DNA of 63,931 bases, filler included, from Octopus bimaculoides (Eukaryota): NCBI RefSeq assembly GCF_001194135.2. It is 7 parts of 6 records of this genome, joined end to end, with 100 filler letters (N's around TTAATTAATTAA, not from the genome) between each part and the next. Parts side by side here need not be neighbours in the genome. Positions count along the whole stretch, not along the records: positions 23,674 to 35,805 come from NC_068984.1; 6 more parts are not named here. One strand, given 5' to 3'. Below, piece by piece: positions 23,674 through 35,905 of the stretch. The position numbers were made by a program, and so were the translations under genes. The notes below the pieces were generated by a model that worked only from the letters and a program-made list of their open reading frames with translations, had not been told where the DNA came from and did no database searches. How positions within the stretch are numbered: position 1 is the first letter of the stretch; the number at the start of each line of letters is the position of its first letter.

Positions 23674-23741
<68 letters not shown>

Positions 23742-23819
23742 CATGTATGTATGTATGTATGTATAACTCGACCCTAAGTCTGGGTGAACGCACAACTTAG
23801 GGTTGCTGTTAATGGAAGA

Positions 23820-23950
23820 CCAGCAGAGACTGACAGAATACGTACTAGGCTTACAAAAAGTAAGTCCTGGGGTCGATCTATTCCCTAAAGGCGGTGCTCC
23901 AGCATGGCCGCAATCAAATGACTGACACAAGTAAAAGAATAAAAAGATAT
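23820..23950 (+). mobile_element. SINE 3' body fragment
   Basis: gtactaggcttac...ggggtcgat...aaaggcggtgctccagcatggccgc...aatgactga. Confidence 0.8.
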
Positions 23951-25158
23951 GTATGTATATATATATATATATATACATAAAAATGTGTGTGCGTAAGTAA
24001 ATTTGTATACATATATGTCTGTGTGCAAGTGTGAAAACTCACTAATGTGTATATACATACACATAAATGCAATTATACACAAACTTACACATACTCACAC
24101 AGATACACAAATCTTTTTACGTATTTTAAATCAGCAGTGTCATAAAAGCAGGTCAAATATCAAGCCAAAGTTTGATGGGTGCCATGAACAGAACTCCCGC
24201 TTTTTGAGTCACTTTTGTACCTGTCTGTCGATTGAAATTATTAACAATGTTTATCTATTTCTATATAGAGCTCTAGTTTTCTTGTTTGCTCGAACAAACA
24301 CACATAAACGTATATAAATACACACACACACATGCACATGCATATATATACGCATACAACTATTTATCTATCTATTTAACTCACCATATGTATGTATATA
24401 TATATATATATATGCATGTATACACATACATACAAAGATAGATAGAGATGTGTGTGCGAGTGTGTGTGCGTGCTCGTACGTCCGTGCGTGCACGTGTGTA
24501 TATGTGTGTGAATGCTTGTGTGTGTGTAACTAAATGTGTGTATGAATGTTTGAACAAAATCTGTTCTCCTTTGAATGAATTGATACATTTTCTTCCAAAT
24601 CGAAAGCTTTTATACAACTTACTGATAGTAGACGTTCACAACTCTAGTCATACATTTGTCAAATAAAAAAAATTTTCCCTAAAAAACTACTCCAATCTCT
24701 GGTTGTAGTACTAATACGTTTACGAAAAATTCGTTTATTCGTATCTTCCGAAAAAAAAAAAAAAAAAAAAAAAATAAATAAATAAAGAAAGAAATTGCTC
24801 CAACTGCCACAGAGAATTAGCATTTTTGCCAATTTTACACGAAGTATATACGTTTATATAAATCTAATATATTGGTTTAGAGTAAAGTACACACAGCCTA
24901 GTTAGCGGTATATTTTCCATCCTATATGCTTTTTAACCCCAAATTATTATTAACACTCTTAAATTCTTAAAAATAACAGATATGGGTTGTTCTGAAGCTC
25001 TTTCTTTAAATGTCAGTTAATACATTATATTGATAGTTATGACTCTTAAAATTACTATTGCGCTAACACTATTTTGTGTCAGTACTATACTGTGCTACAC
25101 AATACATACGTGTGTATATATATATATATCAAAATAAGCAACAGGATATCAAGTAATG

Positions 25159-25246
25159 ATGTAGTATGACCGTTTCAAGCGGCTCCATTTAATTGAACAA
25201 TGCAATCATTGCATCAATGTAAATGCAGTGCCGTCATCAGCTGCAC
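25159..25246 (-). ncRNA. Hammerhead ribozyme motif with long stem II, partly decayed
   Basis: Minus strand: gtgcag-CTGATGA-cggc..cattta..atgcaat-g-attgcat..taaatg..gccg-ctt-GAAA-cggtca-TA^ctacat. Confidence 0.65.
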
Positions 25247-26374
25247 AAGTAAATTGAATTTTAACCAGTTGGACACATTAATAAGATTTTTCTCAAATAC
25301 TTTAACAGTGCAAGAAGATGGAAGAAATTCATGTTGTCACTATTGTAGCTAAGAATAGACTACACTTCCAAGAACGGCAAGAAACCCACTGGGGTTATAC
25401 GTTGTAAAGGATTGGGGGTTCATTTCTAATTCATTTATCAACTACTAAATCTAATACTAGAGTGTCTGTTTAGAATAAAGGGCAAGAGTGAGTGGACGGC
25501 TCATAGCTAGGTATGGTTATAAATATTGTCGTATATATCCCTTTTCCTCAAGGGAGTAAAGAAGACATTAGGAGTAGTCAATTAGATATAGAATAACTGT
25601 CTATAAAAGGAGGTTGGATAGGGGAAGTCTCTAAACCATGCTGTTAATTGCCAGTGAAAGGGGCAAGACGCTAATAAAACTTAAGATGTTAAAACAGAGG
25701 AAATTTTATCTTGAGGTACTATGGGTGGTTGTTTATAAACAATATTGTTATTTAAGATTTTCAAAAGTGATATCATAACCAAAATAGGTAGACTGTGTGT
25801 ATATATCAATTATAAACATTAAAAGGGAAAGAGTACATAATAACAGTTTAATATTCATTCAATTGCTTATTAGGTGGTTTCTACAAAGACTGCTCAGGGC
25901 ATTTACTTATAGAATACCGGAAAGATAAACATGCTACCTATATATTAATTATAAGTCAAGAATCAGAAAAAATAAAGATGTTTACAGATACACACACACA
26001 CATATTTATATATGTGCACACATGCACACATACACAAATATTTATGCGTTTATATGGATATAGCATAACCATCTCGTATAGACTTAAGTAACAGAAAAGT
26101 ATCTATTTACGAACAAGAAAAATAACAATTTATTAGCGATAAGTGGTTAATAGGTTATGCACATATATGCATATATACATATATACAAGTATTTATACGT
26201 TTGTATGGATATAATATAACCATCTCGCATAGACTTAAGTAGCTGAAAAATCTCTATTTAAGAACAGCAACAACTTATATGGGATAAGAGATTAATAAAG
26301 AAGTATATAAAAAATAAGATAACAAAATAATAAGAATTTATGGAAAATAAAAGGAAATACATATAACCTACATT

Positions 26375-26423
<49 letters not shown>

Positions 26424-26929
26424 CTGAAAGACGTATAGCTTATACTAATGGTTATACTAAGTATGTCTACCTGCTGAAAATAACAGTCAAAGCTCTTAAT
26501 TAAATCTCATTCTGAGGGAGGTGAGGCTATAATACCAGTCCAGAAACCGGTCCACGTGAGTTCAAATACTTGAATGTATGTTGAGATATTGACTTAGCTC
26601 GTTTGCCCGCAGACGGTTGATCAGTGTCTTTTTCGGCGATTTAAGTACAAGTTTTGACTGTTATTTCCAACAGGTAGACATACATAGTATGTCCTTTGAT
26701 TAAATTAAGCCTTCATCTATTTCATGCTTTTATGGGCCTGAAGTCACCTATATTATTGATTTGTTATCATTTTTAATTGTTACATTAGATGATAACAGAG
26801 TCAATAATATCTTCGCAATCGCCTATATTATCGATTCCGTTATTATCATTTTTAATTGATACACTAGATAATAACAGAGTCAATAGTATACTTGCAAATA
26901 TTTTCTCCTGAATTATTTGCTCCGTATTG

Positions 26930-26990
<61 letters not shown>

Positions 26991-27000
26991 NNNNNNNNNN

Positions 27001-27037
<37 letters not shown>

Positions 27038-27149
27038 GCGCAAGGAATTTTCGTCAATTGGCGAAATGTAACAGGTATGTACTACGAGTGCTCAATTTTG
27101 TCTACCACTAAACCTCCGGCTGGACTGCAACTGAAAAATATGCTGCTGA

Positions 27150-28100
27150 ATATCCCTATCAAAGGCTAGAAGTGATTTGTCCTTGAGAGAGTGGATATAA
27201 ATCAAAATAGAAAGTGCAAAAGCAAAACATTTGGCATAAGTTGAAAAACATTTAATTTCAATAGAAAATATGAATATAGCGAAGAGTAGCTAGGGCAAAA
27301 AGATAGTCTCTTAAAGCTGTTTCTAGAATAGCCAAGCATGTGGATTATGATATTGGGAAAACATTCCATAAATTAAGTATATCGTCATCGAAGAGGGATC
27401 AGTCAGAAAATGTAGAAATGAAGAATATCCCCAATCGAGGATATTAGTACTTTCCAGTTCGTCGAGGAATATAGGATCAGAATGAAAAGTATATGCGTTT
27501 TAAGAAATAATAATTCATTAGCAGTTCCGTAAGTGAAGATTCGATAATAACCCATGGCAAAGGATAATGGAAGCTACTAGTTCCATTTTTGAATAGTGAG
27601 TGAATAAGAGCTGAGTTGGAATATCTACTATAATATGAAGGAAAGATTGAATGGCAGATGCATGAGTGGATAGAGACTAGTGAGAGTATGTTTGGTGAAA
27701 GAGGTTAGGGGATATATACACCCATACAGATAGATAAGGGACAAAAAAATTGCAGATGTCAGATAGTCTCATCTCATGTCTGACCACCAGATTTGGCCAG
27801 AGCCATTAGAGGGTAAGAGTTGGTGGGAAGTGGTTAGGTTGGTAATAATGTGTTTGTAAAAGGCAATGAAGTTCTCGAATTGTAGTCACAACTACAGGTA
27901 ACGTAGTACGACATGCGGTGTGGGGAGATTTAGGGCTCATCGGGTTACAATGTCGTTATATATAGATGCAAATAATGTTAAGATTTTAGAAATTGTAGTG
28001 TTAGTGAGAGTGTATGATCGTAGGGAGTAGATGAATAAAAGTAGTTTAAAATTTTTTAAAATGAAAAAAAAAGCCATTTTTACTAAGTTATACTGGAATG
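27150..28100 (-). mobile_element. Possible ancient, heavily decayed LINE ORF2 (pre-RT region)
   Basis: Minus-strand peptide DPIFLDELEST...SS...D...IY.MF..HNPHAWLF loosely resembles F...EL..A...SSPGPD.I.Y.M; weak. Confidence 0.25.
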
Positions 28101-29139
28101 AAATTGTAGGACCCAGGGATGAAACAAATATAGCATTAATGGATAATAGTTATAGGAATAAATCAGTGAAGAAATCTGGTAATTTAAATTAGTCATATAT
28201 CTTTTTTATACCCATTGTTTAACTCCATAACCGTGAGAAAAGAAGGCCTAGTGGTGTTCATTTAATATCAATAGTGTTGCAACTATTATAATCTAGGTGG
28301 GATGCATAAATATGAATTAAGGGGAAAATGAGAATCTATAAAATAAAAACATAAAAGGACATGATAATAATGTAGACATGCTGATTTAATTAAGTCAGCT
28401 CGTATGATATCTATCCTATATATCAGTGAGAATCAGAAGTGGTTGTTTTACCGCGATTAGATTTATGATAAAATTAAAACTATTTAAAGATTTTGGGAAC
28501 ATACAAAAAGAAGATTTTGTGTTGCTTAGTTAATAATTGCGTAGGGTTATGTGATAGGATTTCTATACATTCCCTCAAACATAACCAAAACGAGGCATTT
28601 TGTTCTTGATATAGAGGACTTGAGTCAATGAATGACCAAAGTATATTATGTGATTTGCTCTTTTTCTAAAGGTAGTGTACAAGTTCCGCGAAGCAAATAG
28701 ATCTACTATGTTTTTCATATTTAAATGAGTTTAAATGCACAAAATATGTTTGCTTAAAACTGACAGTAGCTTTAGTATAAATCTTGGTGAGATTTTGGAG
28801 TATATTAAGAACCGTGCACTTTTAAAGTACATTAACATTCTAGCTATGAGCTCCTAACGGGTAGTTATCCCAATTATTTTGAGTTACAATTGGTTTCGGA
28901 ATTTTCCGCTAAGTGAATTACAGAATGCATAATTAGAAGATGTATGAGGGTTTAAGCTAGTTCCTTCTGATCCGTACTTCGCACGCTCATTGTTTCCGAT
29001 GACATATGTACTGTTATTATAGGTACCGTTGATTGGAAACAGACAGATTGTTGACACATGGGAGAGATTAAGTGCAGCGTCATTGTTGCGGTTTGTGGTA
29101 TAAACCATATCTTTGTAATTGGTACTACTGATGTTGCTG

Positions 29140-30038
29140 CTATTATTATTTTTATTATGTTATGTTTGACTTTTTCTTTGCATTTGTACAAGTTGGCTCC
29201 AAGTCTCGCCCAGAGACCTCAAGAGACAGCAAGTTAGAAGTTCATGTTGGTGTTACGCCTAGGGTGCCACATATTTGGTTTTGTACATAGTGTTGTTCAA
29301 GAGAATGTTTAAGAAACCATAAAAAAATTATGTGTTTGTTTTAAAATGTTTACGTAGGATATGGGCAGTTCCCATAAGCACTATCTTGATAATCTCTATT
29401 TCAAGATCTTTATACTTGCTCAGTTTTTGGTAGGTCTTGACAGACACGTTTATATCGATTGGGATAGTCATATCAATGAGGAGGCATGATTTTTGTCTGA
29501 AGTCTTGCAATATAATATCTGGACTATTTGTATCTATCTTTCTGTCAGTTTGAAAGGTGAAGTTCCAGAGGAGTGAGATGCGATCATTTTCAAGCACTGG
29601 GATGGTTTGTACAAATTACCCAGTGAATTTATTGTGCAGCTCTATCATGCCTGTTGACATACTCTGTTGGCGCCAGAAGACAGCACATGGAGACAACATG
29701 ATCAATGGTTTCATTTTGTTGTTGACATACACGACATTGGGAGCTGCCGTTCTTTAATATGTTGACTTGGTAGTTCCTTGTAGGTAGGCATTGATTTTGG
29801 GCTGCCATGATAAACCCTTCTGTTTCTAATTTTAATCCAGAAGTCATTAGCCATTGATGGGTATGGGCTTTTATCAACATCGGCATTATTCGCTCTCCTT
29901 GGGTATTTGCCATTGGATATTTGCCATTGGGTATTTGTCATTTATCACTCAGAATATCTAAGGCAGAAGTCTTATCACGGGTTTTCATGCGCGTTGCTTT
30001 TTCTGCACTTGTTTCTTGTACGCCTAATTCTGGAATTT

Positions 30039-30040
<2 letters not shown>
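29140..30040 (-). mobile_element. Dong/R4-like non-LTR retrotransposon 3' part (CCHC knuckle + REL endonuclease + 3' UTR)
   Basis: WLMTSGLKLETEGFIMAAQNQ..CRVCQQQNETIDHVVSMC..EYVNRHD; LLWNFTFQTDRKIDTNSPDI..LIDMTIP..KLSKYKDLEIEI. Confidence 0.9.
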
Positions 30041-30107
<67 letters not shown>

Positions 30108-30189
30108 TCTTTAGTTGCGGGTGTTGGGTTATGTCTATGAAACATGCGCTTATTAAATGCGGCTACGATGGATTCGATGCTAGGTGTAG

Positions 30190-30642
30190 TTGAATAGGAC
30201 AAGACCATCAATTCGGATATGTACTGTGACCAGCTGAATTGATTAGAGATAGTGATCCACCAGGAGCCTCATCACTTGCTAATCGTCTTTCATCACAACG
30301 GTGCCAGACTGCACACTTATTTGCAGATGTGACTGAAGTTATTGGGGTCTGACTAGGAAGTTTTGTCGCACTATCCGATCTGGTGCCTTCAGATTACCGT
30401 CTTTTTCGGTTTCTTTAGATATTCATCGAATGGACAGACCTTCAACACAAAGGATTCATATGGAAAAGGTTCTCACCAGTAATGACAGAAAACGCTTTGA
30501 GCAGAGAACAATAGATTTATCCACAAAATAGTAGAAGATACTGGAATGAAATGGTAATTATATCATTGACTGGCTACATCACTTTGTGTTCAAAATTTGT
30601 GTCTTATTTTTGCTTTAAGACCCAACGGATATTTTGGCCAAA

Positions 30643-30645
<3 letters not shown>
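30190..30645 (+). mobile_element. Mariner transposase C-terminal fragment, decayed
   Basis: Broken frames: TINSDMYCDQL, HHNGARLH, DLVPSDYRLF, NGNYIID. Confidence 0.8.
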
Positions 30646-30688
<43 letters not shown>

Positions 30689-32659
30689 TAGACAACAGTT
30701 TATGCATAAAGAAAGATAAACTCCTTGTTAGTATATGTAACATATTCATAGAAATTATTATATTATACATTTGTGCGCTAATAAAGTAGCACATCCGTTT
30801 ACTGCGAAATATTTTACCGTTATATAGTTCCAGTAAGCTCTTTTTCATCAGAATTATAGAATCTAGTCAATAGAAAGATTAGCTACAATCTACCGTTCCA
30901 GTTCTTTTGATATACGGCACATTTTCTTAGTTGAAGAATACACTACACCCCCTAGAGAAGTGGGCCGGATGGATTCGCTTAGAATATGAAATTCACGATC
31001 TCTCTGCACTAATCTCGGCTGTGTATGACTAAAATAGATTATTAATGCTGCTACTGTTTAGTGCAAAGAGGTATATTCTGTATCGTTCGATGGCATGTTT
31101 TAAATATAGTCGGTGACTTGCAGGGTCGATAACAAAAGAAGATATTACATAAGCCATAAAAATACGATATTTTTCTCCACCAACACAAAACACTATAGAA
31201 CTTTTACAAAGAGCATTTGGAACGTGTTACATCACACGATTTAAAACGAAATTTCATGACACTAACTGTTATATTTGGTATGAAATTCGATATTTCTCCA
31301 TCAATTTACCATAGATTTTTAACAAAGAGTAATTGTAATGCACTGCACCACACAATGGAAAAAGGAAATTTGATTGGTAAATTTGAGTTAAAAAGCTCCC
31401 ATGTTTTGCAGATTGCTTGTATAATGACATAGATAATAAACCCTTGCCTCACATGTCAAAGAATAATTTATTCTGTGTTTTGTTCGTTTTGTTTGTACTG
31501 TGTGCATCCCGTGAGTATGATTTTCGAGCCGTTTTGGTTTCTCTGTCGTTTGTTGTGACTTCTTTGTGAGTAATTATAGATGCATGTACGGCCGTATACT
31601 ATATGTTGCCATCATGCTTTCAATAATAAAGTTTGCTTAATACATTTGATATTTAATAACTATTTTGGCGTCGTTTTTTTTTATAGATTTAGTGTTTTAT
31701 GTGTGCTGGAAAGGCTTCCTAGAATTTTTTGCCTCTCTTCCTTGGGCGTGTTTGTGTGTGCGTGTTTTTGTATGTGTGCGTGTGTGTGTGTGTGTGCGTG
31801 CGTGCGCCTGTGTCTGTGTAAGTGTGCACGCGCGTTTGCGTACATGTGTGTACATGTATGTGTATTTCTATGCTACTGAATGTATTGGTTTGTTGCCTGT
31901 GTTGCACTTTACTTTGTAGAAAGAAGTGATACCGTGTATTTGGTAATTGCATGTTTTAGTATATTTGTATCAAGCCTAGTTTCTAATGCAAGTTAGAGTA
32001 ATTACGCAGCATATCTTGGAGGAGATATACTATACAATTATACGTCCTTATTGTATGGTGATCAGATACTATTGTTATATAAGTGCTCTCATAATTTATT
32101 GTGTTGCTTCAATATTGCTTGAAAAAATTTGCCTTATGACACGAAAAGCAAAAAGCATGAAAAATTATCTTAACATTTCTTTTCCAAACAACCCAAAGGC
32201 ACCCATTCTGAACAAGTAAGAGTGAAAATTGTACTAAATTAGAATTTTTGATTAGGATATACCGCACAATAGGAACCATGTTGTTGGAACTTTTCCATTG
32301 TTATTTAAATAAGCTGATTGTACGAGAAGGCATATTTTCTCCACTACTTCCGAATGCATTGTCGACATAGAAATGCTACACAAACTGAATATAAATGAAG
32401 CACATTAAAATTAAGAGAAAATGATACAACCAAAGTATCATTAACCAGTTTTATCTTGTATTTATGGACGTTACAATGTTATTGCCAACACATAAGTTAT
32501 TTCCTCGCAAAGCATCTGCCTCAACGTTAACTTACAGCAGTAAATTATACTCTGTTATTTGACTTTGTACATATGCTTAGCAACAATATAATAGCGGATA
32601 AGATTCCATGTTATATTTGTTTCGAGTCTGTACATTCTGAGTGTGTGTGTATATGTGAT

Positions 32660-32820
32660 TGCGTGTCTTTGTGCCCGTGTTTCTTTCCTCCCATTTACGC
32701 CCCCCGTAACTTAGCTGTTCGGCAAAAGAGACCAATATAATAAGTATCATCTTTACACAAAATAAGTACCGTGGGCGATTCTTTCGACTAAAATTCTTCA
32801 AGGCGGTACACCATCACGGC
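32660..32820 (+). mobile_element. SINE 3' body fragment
   Basis: tttacgcccccgtaacttagctgttcggcaaaagagacc...aaggcggtacaccatcacggc. Confidence 0.75.
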
Positions 32821-33619
32821 TTAATCAGTGAATATATATANNNNNNNNNNNNNNNNNNNNNNNNNNNNNNNNNNNNNNNNNNNNNNNTATATATATATAT
32901 ATATTCGTTTATGTTTTTGGTTTGCAAGATACTTGATGTGGATTCTTGTGTTGAAACAATTCTGTTATCTAAGGGGCGATTATGCGAATAAAAATTAAAC
33001 CAACACACGCACTGGTTCAATACCATTCATTTATTTTGTATCAAATAACTATTCAATTGTTGATTTAACGTGTTCAATCGTTAGTTTTTTTTTTTATCAG
33101 AGTCAATTCGTCATTATTCGCGATCTCATTACTGACGTGCCCTCACTCTTCAAGGTCTACTTTGAGTCTACCTATGCATGTATGAATGTAGACGTGTAAG
33201 TGTTTAGTTTATATGTGCGATATGGTGCGTGTGTGTTGTAATAAGTTGTTTTTAGAAGAGGTAAGCGTCTGTGTGTATGTGTATGCATGCTCGAACGTGT
33301 GTGTGTTCTCGCATATGTATATGTGTGTGTATGTGTGCATGGATGTATGTTCTTGCATTCGTGTTTTCGTGAGTGCATGCGTGATGTGGATGTGCATGGT
33401 TGTGTACTGGAATTGTTCATAATTACATATACCAATCTTTAGGGATTTCTTTCTATCCTGCTGCTATTCTAATACTAGCATATATATAATACCTATACTC
33501 ATTTATGCCCTCCTAAACACACCGACGTAGACATTGTTATTTGTTACCTTCATTGTTACGTGTTGCGTAGGCAGTAGCAGTTGTGTTGTGCTTCTATTAT
33601 ACATGTATATATTACATTT

Positions 33620-33900
33620 AGGGTCGGCTTTGTCTTATTTATGGAAACAGGCTTTCGTGTTTCTTGTAACGATGTATATCTCGAGTGTTTAGACAAGATT
33701 TAGATACTAGTTTGATTCAGGATGCCTCTATGTTGATTTTTGGTATGTGTAGTAAGCTATCGGCCAGTGTTTCTTTTTATTATATTTCCGCCAATGTTTA
33801 TTTAGTGTCTCGGTTAAACTCTTTAAACTTTCCCCAGTGTATACCGTATTCCGGTTCCTACAATCACTCTCTATGCATTCTACAGGAGGTAGTCTACCGA
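33620..33900 (-). mobile_element. PLE GIY-YIG endonuclease fragment (second subfamily)
   Basis: Minus strand IESDCRNRNTVYTGESLKSLTETLNKH...IAYYT, then KHESLF..INKTKPTLN (C..C..VYIGET.R.L..RL.EH and ESLFI.K.KP.LN patterns). Confidence 0.7.
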
Positions 33901-33982
33901 ATACATACATGCATACATACATAGATACATACATACATAGGCAAAAGACAAGTTTTCAGACAGACTTTGTAGAAGGAACGCA

Positions 33983-34025
33983 TGTCATTGATGACGTCGC
34001 CAACTGCGTTGAAAGGACTCTGACA
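33983..34025 (+). ncRNA. Decayed minimal hammerhead motif (C3>T)
   Basis: tgtca-TTGATGA-cgtcgccaactgcgtt-GAAA-ggac-TC^tgaca; perfect 5-bp stem I. Confidence 0.55.
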
Positions 34026-34080
34026 GGAAAAAAAACAACTAAAGACCAATTGATTATTCAATCAACATATTAAACAAGTA

Positions 34081-34087
34081 ATCTATC

Positions 34088-34163
<76 letters not shown>

Positions 34164-34205
34164 AGCCTGTCTGTATGCCTGTCTATCTGCCTGTCTATCT
34201 GCCTG

Positions 34206-34265
<60 letters not shown>
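34081..34265 (+). repeat. (TATC)n microsatellite
   Basis: Directly visible. Confidence 0.95.
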
Positions 34266-34266
<1 letters not shown>

Positions 34267-34519
34267 TGTTGCTTTGCAGGTTGTTGTATTGTATCCAAAC
34301 TATATTGAATGCAAACAGTAAGGATAGGTTGTAATCTATCCTGAAATTGAAGCATTCTGCGGAAACATCCAATTTTATGGTCTCTTCCTGGCCGTCCAGC
34401 TTCTACGTTTGCCGCCAAGTTTATATTTTAGTTGCTTTGTTCTTGTCTATAATATTTCCCATTTTTGAGGCCTCTAACCCCAAACAATTTTACATTTATC
34501 GTTTATGGTCGCTAAAATA

Positions 34520-35656
34520 AGCACCATATACAATGTATGGAAGGTGGTAGGGGCCTTATACAGCTACAGAACTATTACAAAATAACCACCATAGGACTAC
34601 AAAAATACCTTCTGCAGAAGCAAGGAAAACTAATACAAATATCCACAAAACACGAACAAAACAAAAACCTGTTTTCAGTCTTTAAGGAAGCTAACAAATA
34701 CAAAAAAGAGGTCATAGTATCTAACAACTATTAACAAAAGAAGAAACAACAAAAGCTGTAAAACAAATGAAATCCAAACTAAAACTGGAACAGCAACGGA
34801 TCATGATAAAACGATGGCAAAAAAAAAGCCCCTTCATGGCAAATACTGGGTTAAACTAAACGCAAAAGACATAAACAAAGTAAAATTCCAACAATGGTTG
34901 AGAAGCCCAAGATCGAAGGATTTTTAATTGCAGCACAAGATCAAAACCGTCCCACCAGAAATTACCAAAAACATATAATGAAAAGAAAAACAAGTAACTG
35001 TAGAATATGTGGAGATGGACAAGAAACAATAAATCATATTATCTCGGGCTGCCCAGTCCTGGCGAAGAAGGAATATATTCACAGACATGACAGAGTTGAG
35101 ACCTATATACACTGGAAGCTATGCCAACACTATGGAATAATAAAAGAAAAGAGATGGTATAGGCACACCTCAGAAAAGGTCACAGAAAATGAGAAAGTTA
35201 CTATACTCTGGGATATGCCAATACACACAGATAGAGAAATAAAGTCTAAGAAGCCGGATATAGTTGTCAGAGATCACGAAGAAAAAATGCTTTCTAAGCG
35301 ATTTATGAATGCCAACAGATGGGAACGTTTCTCTAGGAAAAAAAATGGAGAAACTTCCAAAATACGAAGACCTGGAAATAGACGCATATCGAATGTAGAG
35401 TTTAAGAACAGAAACAATTCCTATCATAGTAGGCACATCAGGTACGATAAAAAATACTCAAATATATAGCAAAAATACCAGGGTTAACAAATACACGTAA
35501 CACAGAAAATAGCACTACTAGGCACTGCACGCATCCTACGTTAAACACTTTCAATACAGTGAAAATAAGAGCATCATAACAAACCACAGCAAATACCCAA
35601 GGCACGCAGAGCTCTGCTCGATATTGCAGTGAAAGCACGTGATAAAAGTAAGACTG

Positions 35657-35724
<68 letters not shown>

Positions 35725-35726
35725 TG

Positions 35727-35775
<49 letters not shown>

Positions 35776-35805
35776 TAATAATGATAATAATAATAGTAAT
35801 AATAG
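34520..35805 (+). mobile_element. Dong/R4-like LINE 3' half with (AAT)n tail
   Basis: EGGRGLIQL; EGFLIAAQDQNRPTRNY..CRICGDGQETINHIISGCPVLAKKEYIHRHD..HWKLC..TILWDMPIHTDREIKSKKPDIVV; (AAT)n from 35660. Confidence 0.92.
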
Positions 35806-35905
35806 NNNNNNNNNNNNNNNNNNNNNNNNNNNNNNNNNNNNNNNNNNNNTTAATTAATTAANNNNNNNNNNNNNNNNNNNNNNNNNNNNNNNNNNNNNNN
35901 NNNNN

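Noticed and set aside
28881-28910. Minus-strand ggaaaattcc-GAAACCAATTGTA^actc, like the 3' half of the PLE hammerheads at 3291 and 56001
   Set aside because: No CUGANGA or stem I partner found upstream; at most a relic.
30840-30860. Other CTGANGA matches (7546, 18236, 30848 minus, 49187, 54178 minus)
   Set aside because: No properly placed GAAA/UH or no stem complementarity; expected by chance.
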